Shown piece by piece: positions 1 to 8,284 of a stretch of 59,542 bases of DNA. The stretch is from Oscillospiraceae bacterium (GTDB taxonomy: Bacteria; Bacillota; Clostridia; Oscillospirales; UBA929). Position numbers and translations under genes: made by a program. Under the pieces are notes generated by a model that saw only the letters and a list, made by a program, of their open reading frames with translations, was not told the DNA's origin and did no database searches. The stretch spans positions 1 to 59,542 of the forward strand of contig JAVBPF010000048.1 in assembly GCA_031549735.1 (NCBI GenBank). The letters run 5' to 3'. Positions within the stretch are counted from its first letter, which is position 1, and the number at the start of each line of letters is the position of its first letter.

Positions 1-196
1 CCTCCTTTGCTATATAATTGCGTATCTGCGCCAAAAATCTGCAATTGACACTTGTTGTCGATATTTGCACATCAACGCAAATATATATTAGCACTGATGG
101 TGGCAGTCGCGTCGCCTAAAATGGTTATTGGGCGATGGTACTCTAAATGGCCAAAAAATACCCTTTTGCATTACGGCACATATGGCGTATTAAACT

Positions 197-245
197 AAAA
201 AAACAGGCCGTGCTTGTCCGAAATCTCGGTACAAAGCACGGCCTG
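197..245 (-). terminator. Rho-independent terminator-like hairpin with a U-tract on the minus strand
   Basis: CAGGCCGTGCTTGT (204-217) pairs with ACAAAGCACGGCCTG (231-245) with one bulge. A7 at 197-203 gives a T-run after the stem on the minus strand. Confidence 0.55.
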
Positions 246-438
246 AAATGTTGTTGTTAGCAGCCGGCTTGTCCCTCTAACCCTTGCGGCTGTAAGCGAG
301 GCGTTGCGGCGTGTCTGCGACGACCTGGATCAAAAGAACATCTACGCATTCAATCCGGCGTTTGATGTAAGAAAGAGATAGCATACCCGCTGTATGCGCT
401 GTCCGATCACGGATTCTCCGTTTCCCGGATGTGAGAAG

Positions 439-473
439 GCCGGCAAGCCGTTTGGCTTGCCGGCAAACTTTTT
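439..473. terminator. Perfect 11-bp GC-rich hairpin just 3' of the S8 peptidase stop; the T-run is on the plus-strand side only
   Basis: GCCGGCAAGCC (439-449), loop GTTT, GGCTTGCCGGC (454-464), then AAACTTTTT on the plus strand. No U-tract follows on the minus strand. Confidence 0.5.
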
Positions 474-533
474 CCCCAGAGCCCTGTTAATCGGGCAAAC
501 TTTCGCTTGCGATGGATTCCTCGATGGTCAGCC

Positions 534-2246
534 CTAGGTCCCCCAGATGAGCCCCATGGTACGCAGCAGATTGAGCCGCCCATAGCCCCACTGGTTGTTG
601 GGATACTCAATGCCGGCGTCCCGGTCGCAGCCCCGAATCAAAAAGGCGCGGACAAGGTAGGTGTTCATGGAGACTTCGTTGCGGTTCACAATGCCCCAAT
701 CGAGCATCAACGCGCAGGCACCCGCTGTGATGGCCGCGCTGGCGCTTGTGCCGCTGGCCGTGCCATATCCGGTTGGAAACATGCCGGAAACGTTGACGCC
801 CGGCGCCACGAAGGACGGCTCTATAGCGGGCATGCGGGATGGGCCCCACGAGGAAGGCGGATAGAGACTGCCGTTTTGTGCACTGAACGCGCCGGTGGTA
901 ATAATGCCCTGTGCGGTACCGGGCGCGGTGATGGTGTAGTTGGGAATAGGCGCAAGAAATTCAATGCCGGGGGCGACAAAACCAGTCATGGGAAGCCAGG
1001 CGTGAAATACGCCGTCCAGGACGATGTCGCCGTAGACCACAATGGTCCAGATGCCGGGAGACGGGTCGATCAGCCGGATGGAAATCATTTGGCTGCCTGT
1101 ATTCTCTACCGGGAAATAGTACCGTATCTGTACCAAGACGTTTTCGACTATGAGCCGTGACTCATAGAGTACGCCCGGGCGGGCCGGTTGGCGCGCCACC
1201 ACCGCTCCGCCGGGAGAAATGAGCGATACGGACAGGCGGTTGGATTGGGAGGTCCAGAGGTTGATCAGAACGGGATCGGAGTTCTCGTTCGTTTTGACTT
1301 CGATGGTCTGTGAGGCGCCCTCGGTGGGAATCTTGCCCATCGTGTGATGTCGCGCGTTGCTCTCGTTCCCGCAGGCGATCGTGATGCAGACCCCCTGTCG
1401 GTTACCCGCGCGCGTCAGATACTCTTCAAAAGCGGAAAAGCCGTCGTGCCCCCCCGAATTGCTGCCCAGACCGATACAGATGGAGACCGGACGACCCAAC
1501 GCAACCGCCTGCTCCAGAATATACTCCACCCCCAGCATAACGTCGGTGGACTCAAAGGCGTTTTGCTGGTCGGCCGGCACCAGATAGCGCTCTCGATAAA
1601 AAGGATTCGCTCCGCGGAGTTTCACCATAATAATGTCGGACCGCGGCGCGGCGCCGATGTAGTCGCCGGTGTCTACGCTGCCGGCGACCGAAGCCAAAAA
1701 GGTGCCGTGTCCGTCATTGTCCTGATGCGGCACCACCGAAAGCGGATCCTCCGAGCGCAATGCACGATCGATCTCTTCGTTGGTGTATTCCGCGCCGAAC
1801 CAGTAGCCTTCGGGGCGCTGTCCTTTCGCCGTTTGATCCCATATCCGGACAATTTTGCTCGAGCCGTCCTCATAGATAAAGGATTCCTTCGTGTAGTCGA
1901 TGCCCGTATCCACGAATCCGAGCAACACGCCCTGCCCGTCAAAGCCCAGATAAGGCAGGTTTTGAGCCTGAAGGATGCCCGCCGCCTCCAAATCCAGACG
2001 GCCAAGGGTGCCCAGAATCATGGGATACGTGCCAATGTTGGAGGCGCCGATGTCCTCAAGGATTCGATCAAAGTTTTCCACTTGTGTGTTCCAGACAGCA
2101 AAGGAGCCAAACAGCACCTTGGCCAAATGAACGTCATCGAAATCCTGGGGAAGCTGACTGATAAAGTCACTGGATGTGACAAAATCAATCACACTTGGGT
2201 CTCTTTCATTCGACTCCATAGAAGAATCTGGTGTCACGTTATCCAT
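534..2246 (-). CDS. S8 family (subtilisin-like) serine peptidase; size and motifs resemble clostridial Csp germination proteases
   Basis: 570-aa ORF. Catalytic motifs are FVDTGIDY (Asp), DNDGHGTF (His) and GTSASAAITAG (Ser). GGGAGGG RBS lies about 8 nt before ATG 2246. Confidence 0.85.
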   Translation of the reverse strand: MDNVTPDSSMESNERDPSVIDFVTSSDFISQLPQDFDDVHLAKVLFGSFAVWNTQVENFDRILEDIGASNIGTYPMILGTLGRLDLEAAGILQAQNLPYLGFDGQGVLLGFVDTGIDYTKESFIYEDGSSKIVRIWDQTAKGQRPEGYWFGAEYTNEEIDRALRSEDPLSVVPHQDNDGHGTFLASVAGSVDTGDYIGAAPRSDIIMVKLRGANPFYRERYLVPADQQNAFESTDVMLGVEYILEQAVALGRPVSICIGLGSNSGGHDGFSAFEEYLTRAGNRQGVCITIACGNESNARHHTMGKIPTEGASQTIEVKTNENSDPVLINLWTSQSNRLSVSLISPGGAVVARQPARPGVLYESRLIVENVLVQIRYYFPVENTGSQMISIRLIDPSPGIWTIVVYGDIVLDGVFHAWLPMTGFVAPGIEFLAPIPNYTITAPGTAQGIITTGAFSAQNGSLYPPSSWGPSRMPAIEPSFVAPGVNVSGMFPTGYGTASGTSASAAITAGACALMLDWGIVNRNEVSMNTYLVRAFLIRGCDRDAGIEYPNNQWGYGRLNLLRTMGLIWGT

Positions 2247-2289
2247 GGAATATCCCTCCCTTCGGAGCTAAGCTTCTCCTTGTGAGCCA

Positions 2290-2568
2290 TTAAGCCGAAA
2301 TGACCTCCAAACTGCCCCACGGCAGTAATGCCTTTTCCCAGCTTCCGCCCACATGAATATAGCGCTCCAGTGCCTTGGGAGACACGGCAAGCGGATACCC
2401 CCAGCGGCCCTCGTCGTCTTTCGTCCGGATGTAGAGGAGGGTGTGCATCAGGGGGCGCAAACGCGCCGGTGTCGGATCCTTGAAGGCGCATAGTTGGTCG
2501 GAGGTAAGCAGCGGCAGTCGTGGGGGAGGGTACGGCGAGAGGAAAAGCGCAATACCGGCGTTAATCAT
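2290..2568 (-). CDS. Hypothetical 92-aa protein, co-oriented with the S8 peptidase and 43 nt upstream of it
   Basis: ORF with a GGGAGGG RBS 4 nt before ATG 2568. No family recognised. Pro/Leu-rich N-terminus. Confidence 0.4.
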   Translation of the reverse strand: MINAGIALFLSPYPPPRLPLLTSDQLCAFKDPTPARLRPLMHTLLYIRTKDDEGRWGYPLAVSPKALERYIHVGGSWEKALLPWGSLEVISA

Positions 2569-2635
2569 TCATCCCTCCCAAAGCGTTATTCGCTCGTACT
2601 CATTGTATTCGACGCGGGAAAAAGATATGTATGCG

Positions 2636-2674
2636 CCAAAACACCCCGCCGTTTCCGTTGAAACGGCGGGGTGC
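2636..2674 (-). terminator. Rho-independent terminator of tsf
   Basis: CACCCCGCCGTTTC / GAAACGGCGGGGTG stem at about 2642-2673. On the minus strand it is followed by TTTTGG. It sits 22 nt after the tsf stop. Confidence 0.7.
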
Positions 2675-2695
2675 GGTTATCAGAGCGGAATCGCT

Positions 2696-3619
2696 CTATT
2701 GACCCTGCATTTTGGCCACTTCGGCCGCGAAATCGTCCTCGCGCTTGGCCATGCCCTCGCCCTTTTCAAAGCGAGTGAATTTTTTCAACTGAATGTCCGT
2801 ACCCAACGCCTTGGCAACGTTCTGAACATGGGCGGCCACGGTGAGCTTACCGTCCTTGACATAGGGCTGTTCCAGCAGACAGATCTCCTGGTAATACTTG
2901 TTCACACGGCCGGCCACCATTTTCTCGGCTACGTTCTGCGGCTTGCCTTCTTCCAAGGCCTGCGCCAGGAAAACCTTTTTCTCGTTTTCCAGAAGCTCTT
3001 GGTCGACATCGTCCTTGCTCAGGAAAAGAGGACGCATGGCGGCAATCTGCATGGCGATATCGCGGCCCAGCTCGGTGACCTCAGCGGCGGACTGCTTGTC
3101 GGCCGGGACGGTCATGTTGAGCAGGACACCGATCTTACCGCCCATGTGGATATAGGAGAAGTTGGCGGGGGCGTCGTAGTAGGCAAAACGCCGAATTTGG
3201 ATGTTTTCGCCGATGGTGAGCACTTTTTCGCGCAGCGCGTCGGCCACGGTCAATTTCTCATCAGCGACAAAGGGGCAGGCGAGAAGCGCCTCGACATCGG
3301 CGGGCTTGGCGGTAACGATGGTTTTGGCCACATCGCCCACAAAGGACTGGAACGCGTCGCTCTTGGCGGCGAAGTCGGTTTCGCTGTTGATTTCGACCAC
3401 GGCAGCCGCGCCGCAATTGTCGCAGACATACGCGGCGACCGCGCCGTCAGCGGCGATGCGCGAGGCTTTTTTAGCGGCGGCGGCCAGTCCCTTTTCACGC
3501 AGAAAAAGGGTGGCGGCCTCCATATCCCCGTTGGACTCGACGAGGGCTTTCTTACAATCCATCATGCCGGCTCCGGTGGCTTCACGCAGAGCGGCTACGT
3601 CTTTGGCGGTAAAGGCCAT
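2696..3619 (-). CDS. tsf: Translation elongation factor Ts
   Basis: 307 aa. N-terminus MAFTAKDVAALREATGAGMMDCKKALVESNGDMEAA is a typical EF-Ts UBA-like domain. Located directly downstream of rpsB. Confidence 0.97.
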   Translation of the reverse strand: MAFTAKDVAALREATGAGMMDCKKALVESNGDMEAATLFLREKGLAAAAKKASRIAADGAVAAYVCDNCGAAAVVEINSETDFAAKSDAFQSFVGDVAKTIVTAKPADVEALLACPFVADEKLTVADALREKVLTIGENIQIRRFAYYDAPANFSYIHMGGKIGVLLNMTVPADKQSAAEVTELGRDIAMQIAAMRPLFLSKDDVDQELLENEKKVFLAQALEEGKPQNVAEKMVAGRVNKYYQEICLLEQPYVKDGKLTVAAHVQNVAKALGTDIQLKKFTRFEKGEGMAKREDDFAAEVAKMQGQ

Positions 3620-3690
3620 AATGACTCTTCCTTTCTCAGATGAGGTTGATATCAGGTCCGCGGTTGGGCGGACGAAAAAACAAAATCAAA

Positions 3691-4476
3691 TCAGTCCTGC
3701 GCAGGAGCGGCCGGGGCAACAGGAGCGGCCGAAGAGGAGTACGCGACAGGCGCGGCGGGCGCAACAGGCGCTTCCTCGGCGGCAGAACCCTGCTCGCCCT
3801 GACGGCCCTCGGTGATGGCGTTGGCCATAATGCTCGAAATGAGTTTAATGGCGCGAATCGCATCGTCGTTGCCGGGGATGGGATAGTCAATTTCGTCGGG
3901 ATCGCAGTTGGTATCGACGATGGCGACGATGGGAATACCCAGTTTGTGAGCCTCGGCGATGGCATTGCGCTCTTTGCGCGGATCGATGATGAACAGCGCG
4001 CCGGGCAGACGGTGCATGTCCTTGACGCCGCCCAAATATTTCTCGAGCTTGAGAATTTCGCCGTGCAGACGAATAACTTCTTTCTTGGGGAGCATGTCGA
4101 AGGTGCCGTCCTCCTGCATCTTCTTCAGCTGATTGAGCCGGTCAATGCGGCGGCGCATGGTCTTGAAGTTGGTCAGCATGCCGCCCAGCCAGCGGGCGTT
4201 GACAAAGAACATGCCGACACGCTCGGCTTCGGCCTTCACGGCGTCCTGCGCCTGTTTCTTCGTGCCGACAAACAGCAGGGTTTCGCCCGAGAGCGAAAGG
4301 TCACGCACGAACATGTAGGCCTCTTCGAGCTTTTTCACCGTCTTTTGCAGGTCGATGATCTAGATGCCGTTGCGCTCGGTGAAGATGAAGGGCGCCATTT
4401 TGGGGTTCCAGCGACGGGTCTGATGTCCGAAGTGGACACCGGCTTCGAGCAGTTGCTTCATGGATACGACAGCCAT
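3691..4476 (-). pseudogene. rpsB: 30S ribosomal protein S2 frame interrupted by one in-frame TAG at 4360-4362; otherwise full length
   Basis: ATG 4476 (RBS AGGAGG) gives [38 protein letters not shown]. This is followed by TAG, then in the same frame [17 protein letters not shown]... to the stop at 3691. Both ORF-track pieces (4360..4743 and 3691..4338) are in one frame. Confidence 0.9.
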
Positions 4477-4783
4477 GGGAATGCCTCCTTTTTCTTGTAC
4501 CGCCACCCGCGTCATCCGCCGCGCCCACCGGAACAAGCGTTTTCCGCATTTCCCAAAGACGGGAAGGCGGAGCCTTGTTCGGGCAGAGGGGCGCCGACGT
4601 CGTGCGGGTGTGTGGATTTGCGCATACGCGCCAAGATAGTTTAGCACAATCGCGTTCATTTGGCAATCATAAGTTTGAGAAATATGGCGAGAATGGTAGG
4701 TATAGCGGCGTTGGCCGACGGCGTATTGCGGTGATCTATGCAAGCACCCCGGCAGATTCTGACGCGCTTCCCAAAGTGTGCTC

Positions 4784-4812
4784 TTTACGTGCGCTCATAA
4801 ATCGAGTATACT
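4784..4812 (+). promoter_or_regulatory. Candidate sigma-A type promoter TTTACG-17 nt-TATACT upstream of cheR
   Basis: TTTACG at 4784-4789 and TATACT at 4807-4812 with a 17-nt spacer. It lies about 285 nt upstream of cheR in the divergent rpsB/cheR intergenic region. Confidence 0.3.
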
Positions 4813-4920
4813 AGACATAATAATTCCTTCTGTTCCAAAATTTCGTGCACGCTAAGTTTTTTTGGCCCGCAATATCGGGTTATAAGGTAACCGCTGAACC
4901 AATACGCCACAACGTCACAC

Positions 4921-4996
4921 CGGCCTTTTTGCGCCTTCCCGGTGCGCAAAAATTCTCGCCGTGCTGCCGCGTCGATTGATTCATCGGTTGCCCAGG
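4921..4996 (+). repeat. C-family intergenic repeat, short (internally deleted) copy C1
   Basis: GGCCTTTTTGCGCCTTCCCGGTGCGCAAAAATTCTCGCCG...TTGATTCATCGGTTGCCCAGG aligns with 44447-44589 and 59267-59407. Confidence 0.6.
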
Positions 4997-5094
4997 AGGC
5001 GGTGGGACACGGCCTCCTGTCGGGTGTTCTCTTGTATTCCAAGAGCGGTCTCTTTGCTGAAGTCACGACGCTGCAGTCGCATGAAGGAGGAGCT

Positions 5095-5910
5095 ATGGTC
5101 AAAATTCAACAGGACGAATTCATGCGTTTGGTTGATTACATGAAGGAACAATACGGCATCGATCTGGAACGGAAGATTACCCTTGTTGAGGGGCGCATTG
5201 CCAGTGTGCTCGAGCAAAAGGGATATGCGCAGTTTTCCGATTATTTTGATGACATCCTGCAGGACAAGACGGGTGCTGAAGCCAAAGTCCTGATCACCAA
5301 GCTCACCACAAACTACACCTATTTTATGCGGGAGGAGCAGCACTACCGGTATCTGGAGACCATAATACTGCCCGAGCTTGTGCGTACTTTGCAGGACAAG
5401 GATCTGCGCATTTGGAGCGCCGGGTGTTCCTCGGGCGAGGAGCCCTTTACCACGGCCATGGTGCTGGACAATTATTTCGGCCTGAACAAGGGCGCGTGGG
5501 ATACGCAGATTCTGGCCACCGACATTTCTCCGCAGGTTCTGGCGCAGGCACAGGAGGCGGTGTATCCCGCCGACAGGCTCAAGGGACTGCCGGAGGGTTG
5601 GCGCGGTCGGTATTTTGAGGAGCTGCCGCGCGACCGCGTACTGGTGCGCGACAGCATTCGCCGGGAAGTGATTTTCCGGCCATTCAACCTGATGCAGAAA
5701 ACCATGCCGTTTCGCCGCAAGTTCCATGTGATTTTTTGCCGCAATGTGATGATTTATTTTGACAAGCCGACGCGTGACGCTTTGGTCAATCGTTTTTTTG
5801 ACGTTCTTGAACCGGGGGGACATCTGTTCATCGGGATGGCGGAATCCATCAGCAAGCCCGACTGCCGATACCAGTATGTTCAACCCTCCATCTATCGACG
5901 TCCCCTCTGA
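5095..5910 (+). CDS. cheR: Chemotaxis protein methyltransferase CheR
   Basis: MVKIQQDEFMRLVDYMKEQYGIDLE..., with the SAM-binding motif LRIWSAGCSSGEEPFT and FCRNVMIYFD. GAAGGAGG RBS precedes ATG 5095; the ORF-track start at 4942 lacks an RBS. Confidence 0.93.
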   Translation: MVKIQQDEFMRLVDYMKEQYGIDLERKITLVEGRIASVLEQKGYAQFSDYFDDILQDKTGAEAKVLITKLTTNYTYFMREEQHYRYLETIILPELVRTLQDKDLRIWSAGCSSGEEPFTTAMVLDNYFGLNKGAWDTQILATDISPQVLAQAQEAVYPADRLKGLPEGWRGRYFEELPRDRVLVRDSIRREVIFRPFNLMQKTMPFRRKFHVIFCRNVMIYFDKPTRDALVNRFFDVLEPGGHLFIGMAESISKPDCRYQYVQPSIYRRPL

Positions 5911-6081
5911 GGGAGAGTACCCCATGACGGATCAAGACATGGCGCGGGATGTGAATTTTGCGTACCGGCATGACGCCGAAAGAGCGTTGTGGTGCTGTGA
6001 CATTTGAATCAGCGGATGTTTGTGACTGAGGAAGAACGAAGCTGTTGAAGGAAGGTTTGCCGTATCGAATCGAAAATCCGC

Positions 6082-7113
6082 GTGCTTCTGGTGGATGATT
6101 CGACCTTTTTTCGGAAAACGCTGGCCGGGAGCCTGAATGGAGATCCGGCTTTTGAGGTTGTCGGCGAGGCCGGCGACCCTTATGAGGCGCGCCAGTTGAT
6201 CATGAAACTGCGGCCCGACGTCATGACACTCGACGTCGAAATGCCGAGGATGAACGGTGTGGATTTCCTGAAAATCCTGATGCCGCAATGGCCTTTGCCC
6301 ATCGTGATTGTCAGTTCGGCCCGCGCGTTGGCCTCGGAGTGCCGCCGCTTCGGGGCTTTTGACTTTGTGCCCAAACCAACCGATTATTCGGGCGGCACAC
6401 TCGATGACTTTTTGAGTCACGTTCGAAACAGTTTGTACCGGGCGGCCCGGGCGCGGCTGCCCGCGGAGGAGCGGCGGACGGCCGGGTTGCCGGAGATGTC
6501 GGCCGAACCGGCGACGGAGGGCGCTTTCAGGTTCTCAGGGATAGTGGCGCTGGGTGCGTCGACGGGGGGCACCAAGAGCACGACACAGATCCTCCGGGCG
6601 TTGCCGAAGGACTTCCCCGGTATGGTGATCGTACAGCATATGCCCAATGAGTTCACGCGGCTCTACGCAGAATCGGTCAACAGAGAGAGTGTGCTGGAGG
6701 TTCGCGAGGCCAGAAACGGGGATCGCGTCGAGTCCGGTCATGTGCTGATCGCACCGGGTGACGCGCATATGGAGCTAGTCCGCACGGCTGTCGGCGGTTA
6801 TGCGGTACAGATTACGCGCGGGGAAAAAGTCAACGGACACCGGCCCTCGGTTGATGTACTGTTCCGTTCCGTGGCGCGATGGGCCGGCGCCAACGCCGTC
6901 GGAATCATTTTGACCGGGATGGGCGCTGACGGTGCGCGCGGGCTGCTGGACATGCGGCGGCACGGCGCGTTTACCATCGGGCAGGACGAGAAAAGCTCGG
7001 TGGTATATGGCATGCCCAAAGAAGCCTATGAGATGGGTGCCGTAACGCGGCAATGGCCGCTCGATCAGATTGCGCCGGGGCTTTTGCGGTATGTTAGAGA
7101 GATGAAGTACTGA
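6082..7113 (+). CDS. cheB: Protein-glutamate methylesterase / response regulator CheB
   Basis: REC domain (LLVDDS..., MTLDVEMPRMNG) plus methylesterase domain (GASTGG, HMPNEFT, GMGADG). GTG 6082 is the first in-frame start, so the start is uncertain. Confidence 0.92.
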   Translation: MLLVDDSTFFRKTLAGSLNGDPAFEVVGEAGDPYEARQLIMKLRPDVMTLDVEMPRMNGVDFLKILMPQWPLPIVIVSSARALASECRRFGAFDFVPKPTDYSGGTLDDFLSHVRNSLYRAARARLPAEERRTAGLPEMSAEPATEGAFRFSGIVALGASTGGTKSTTQILRALPKDFPGMVIVQHMPNEFTRLYAESVNRESVLEVREARNGDRVESGHVLIAPGDAHMELVRTAVGGYAVQITRGEKVNGHRPSVDVLFRSVARWAGANAVGIILTGMGADGARGLLDMRRHGAFTIGQDEKSSVVYGMPKEAYEMGAVTRQWPLDQIAPGLLRYVREMKY

Positions 7114-7151
7114 CCGAACTTTTGAACCGGTTGGACTGAAGGGGAAACGGC

Positions 7152-7646
7152 ATGGAATTGGTCGTGGGGATCGGAGAATTTGAATCCTCCAATAACCCGG
7201 CGGACGTCATCAAGACGTTCGCCTTATCGACGTGTGTCGGCCTCATCTTTTACAGTGCGCAGAAGCACTGTATGGGGATGTCGCACATTCAGCTGCCCTT
7301 CCATCGGGACGTCACTTCGGATGCGTCGCCCAGCCGCTTTGCCGATACCGCCCCGGCCTTCATGCTCCAGGAAATGACCAACGCCTATGGTGTGACCAAG
7401 GGGGAATTGCTGATTTCCCTTTACGGGGGCATCGACCCGCGCGACGAAAAAGACTGCTTCCGCGTCGGCGAAAAGAATGTGTTTTTCGTCAAGCGTGCCA
7501 TCAAGCAGCTCGGGCTTTCCTACTGTGACGCCGACACGGGCGGCAGCGTCTCCCGGACTTTGGTTGCTTCGGTGGGTTCGGGTATTGTGGAAGTGGTCAA
7601 GCGCCCGATGAATCTGAATTTCAACACACCGATCGTGCAGGGGTAA
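7152..7646 (+). CDS. cheD: Chemoreceptor glutamine deamidase CheD
   Basis: 164 aa with LSTCVGL (catalytic Cys) and MSHIQLP (His), which are typical CheD motifs. Confidence 0.88.
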   Translation: MELVVGIGEFESSNNPADVIKTFALSTCVGLIFYSAQKHCMGMSHIQLPFHRDVTSDASPSRFADTAPAFMLQEMTNAYGVTKGELLISLYGGIDPRDEKDCFRVGEKNVFFVKRAIKQLGLSYCDADTGGSVSRTLVASVGSGIVEVVKRPMNLNFNTPIVQG

Positions 7647-7689
7647 AGGTGTATCAGTGGATATATTTTTGAAAGAACTTGAAGTTTCT

Positions 7690-8284
7690 TTTCGTCGCCT
7701 CCAGCGGGGGACGACGGAGGACGTGACTTTCTTCACGCCAAGAAAGTCACCAAAGAGGCGTCTGGGGACGCGAGGTTTGTTTTTCATGCGAACGGCCTTT
7801 CCGCAAACGCTGTCATCCGGGCTCTGCCGGTTGATGCACAGTCTCCGAAGCGGTTCGATCCAAGGTTTTTATTCCATGCCGCGCGTTTTTGAAATCGCAA
7901 TCCCTAATCCTTGACGGCTGACGCGGGGTGGTGTGAAACGCGAGATCGACCTGTCAATCATAAGGCAAGGCGGCCACATGGGGTCGCCTCACGGGGGATC
8001 GTGAAAACATTTCCGGTGTTGCTCCGTTACTCAACCCCATCAGGGGATCCAACGGGGCCGGGGTCCCTTGGTCGTGGGGAAGGAATTCCAAAGGGAAACC
8101 CGATCGAAGGGGTTCTCTTTGGCGATTCTTTGGTGACTTTCTCATCGCAGAGAAAGTCACTTCGCGCCCGTCAAGCCTCGAGCGCGCCGCGCGGGCAGTC
8201 GTACTGTTCGCTCCGCGTGTGTCTAAACAGCCAGCGCTGCGGTGCCGTCTCGGTTTAGCCGCCCGCTGCGCTCACTGTACTCCT
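7690..8284 (+). repeat. E-family composite intergenic element, copy E1 (~0.6 kb)
   Basis: Module-by-module similarity to 30860-31525. Shared strings include CGGAGGACGTGACTTTCTTC.CGCCAAGAAAGTCACCAAAGAGGCG, CCCTAATCCTTGA, GGCGGCCACATGGGG, AAACCCGATCGAA.GGGTT and GTCAAGCCTCGAGCGCGCCGCGCGGGCAGTCGTACTGTT.GCTCCG.GTG.GTCTAAACAG. Confidence 0.85.

Noticed and set aside
97-198. A 33-codon ORF (MVAVASPKMVIGRWYSKWPKNTLLHYGTYGVLN) just upstream of the hairpin at 204-245.
   Set aside because: It has no Shine-Dalgarno sequence. The adjacent hairpin has its U-tract on the opposite strand. The AT-rich context fits a promoter or leader region for the minus-strand gene that starts left of position 1 (the RBS complement CCTCC is at 1-5).
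7657-7914. A 'conserved peptide' shared by ORFs 7657..7914 and 30867..31103 (EDVTFF.PRKSPKRR.G...SGLCRL), and on the other strand by 7224..7787 and 30803..31006 (LFGDFLG.KKVTSS).
   Set aside because: The similarity is explained by nucleotide-level repeat E. The region encoding the shared peptide is a DNA palindrome, so it reads similarly on both strands. The frames break outside the conserved block, and there is no RBS or consistent start.
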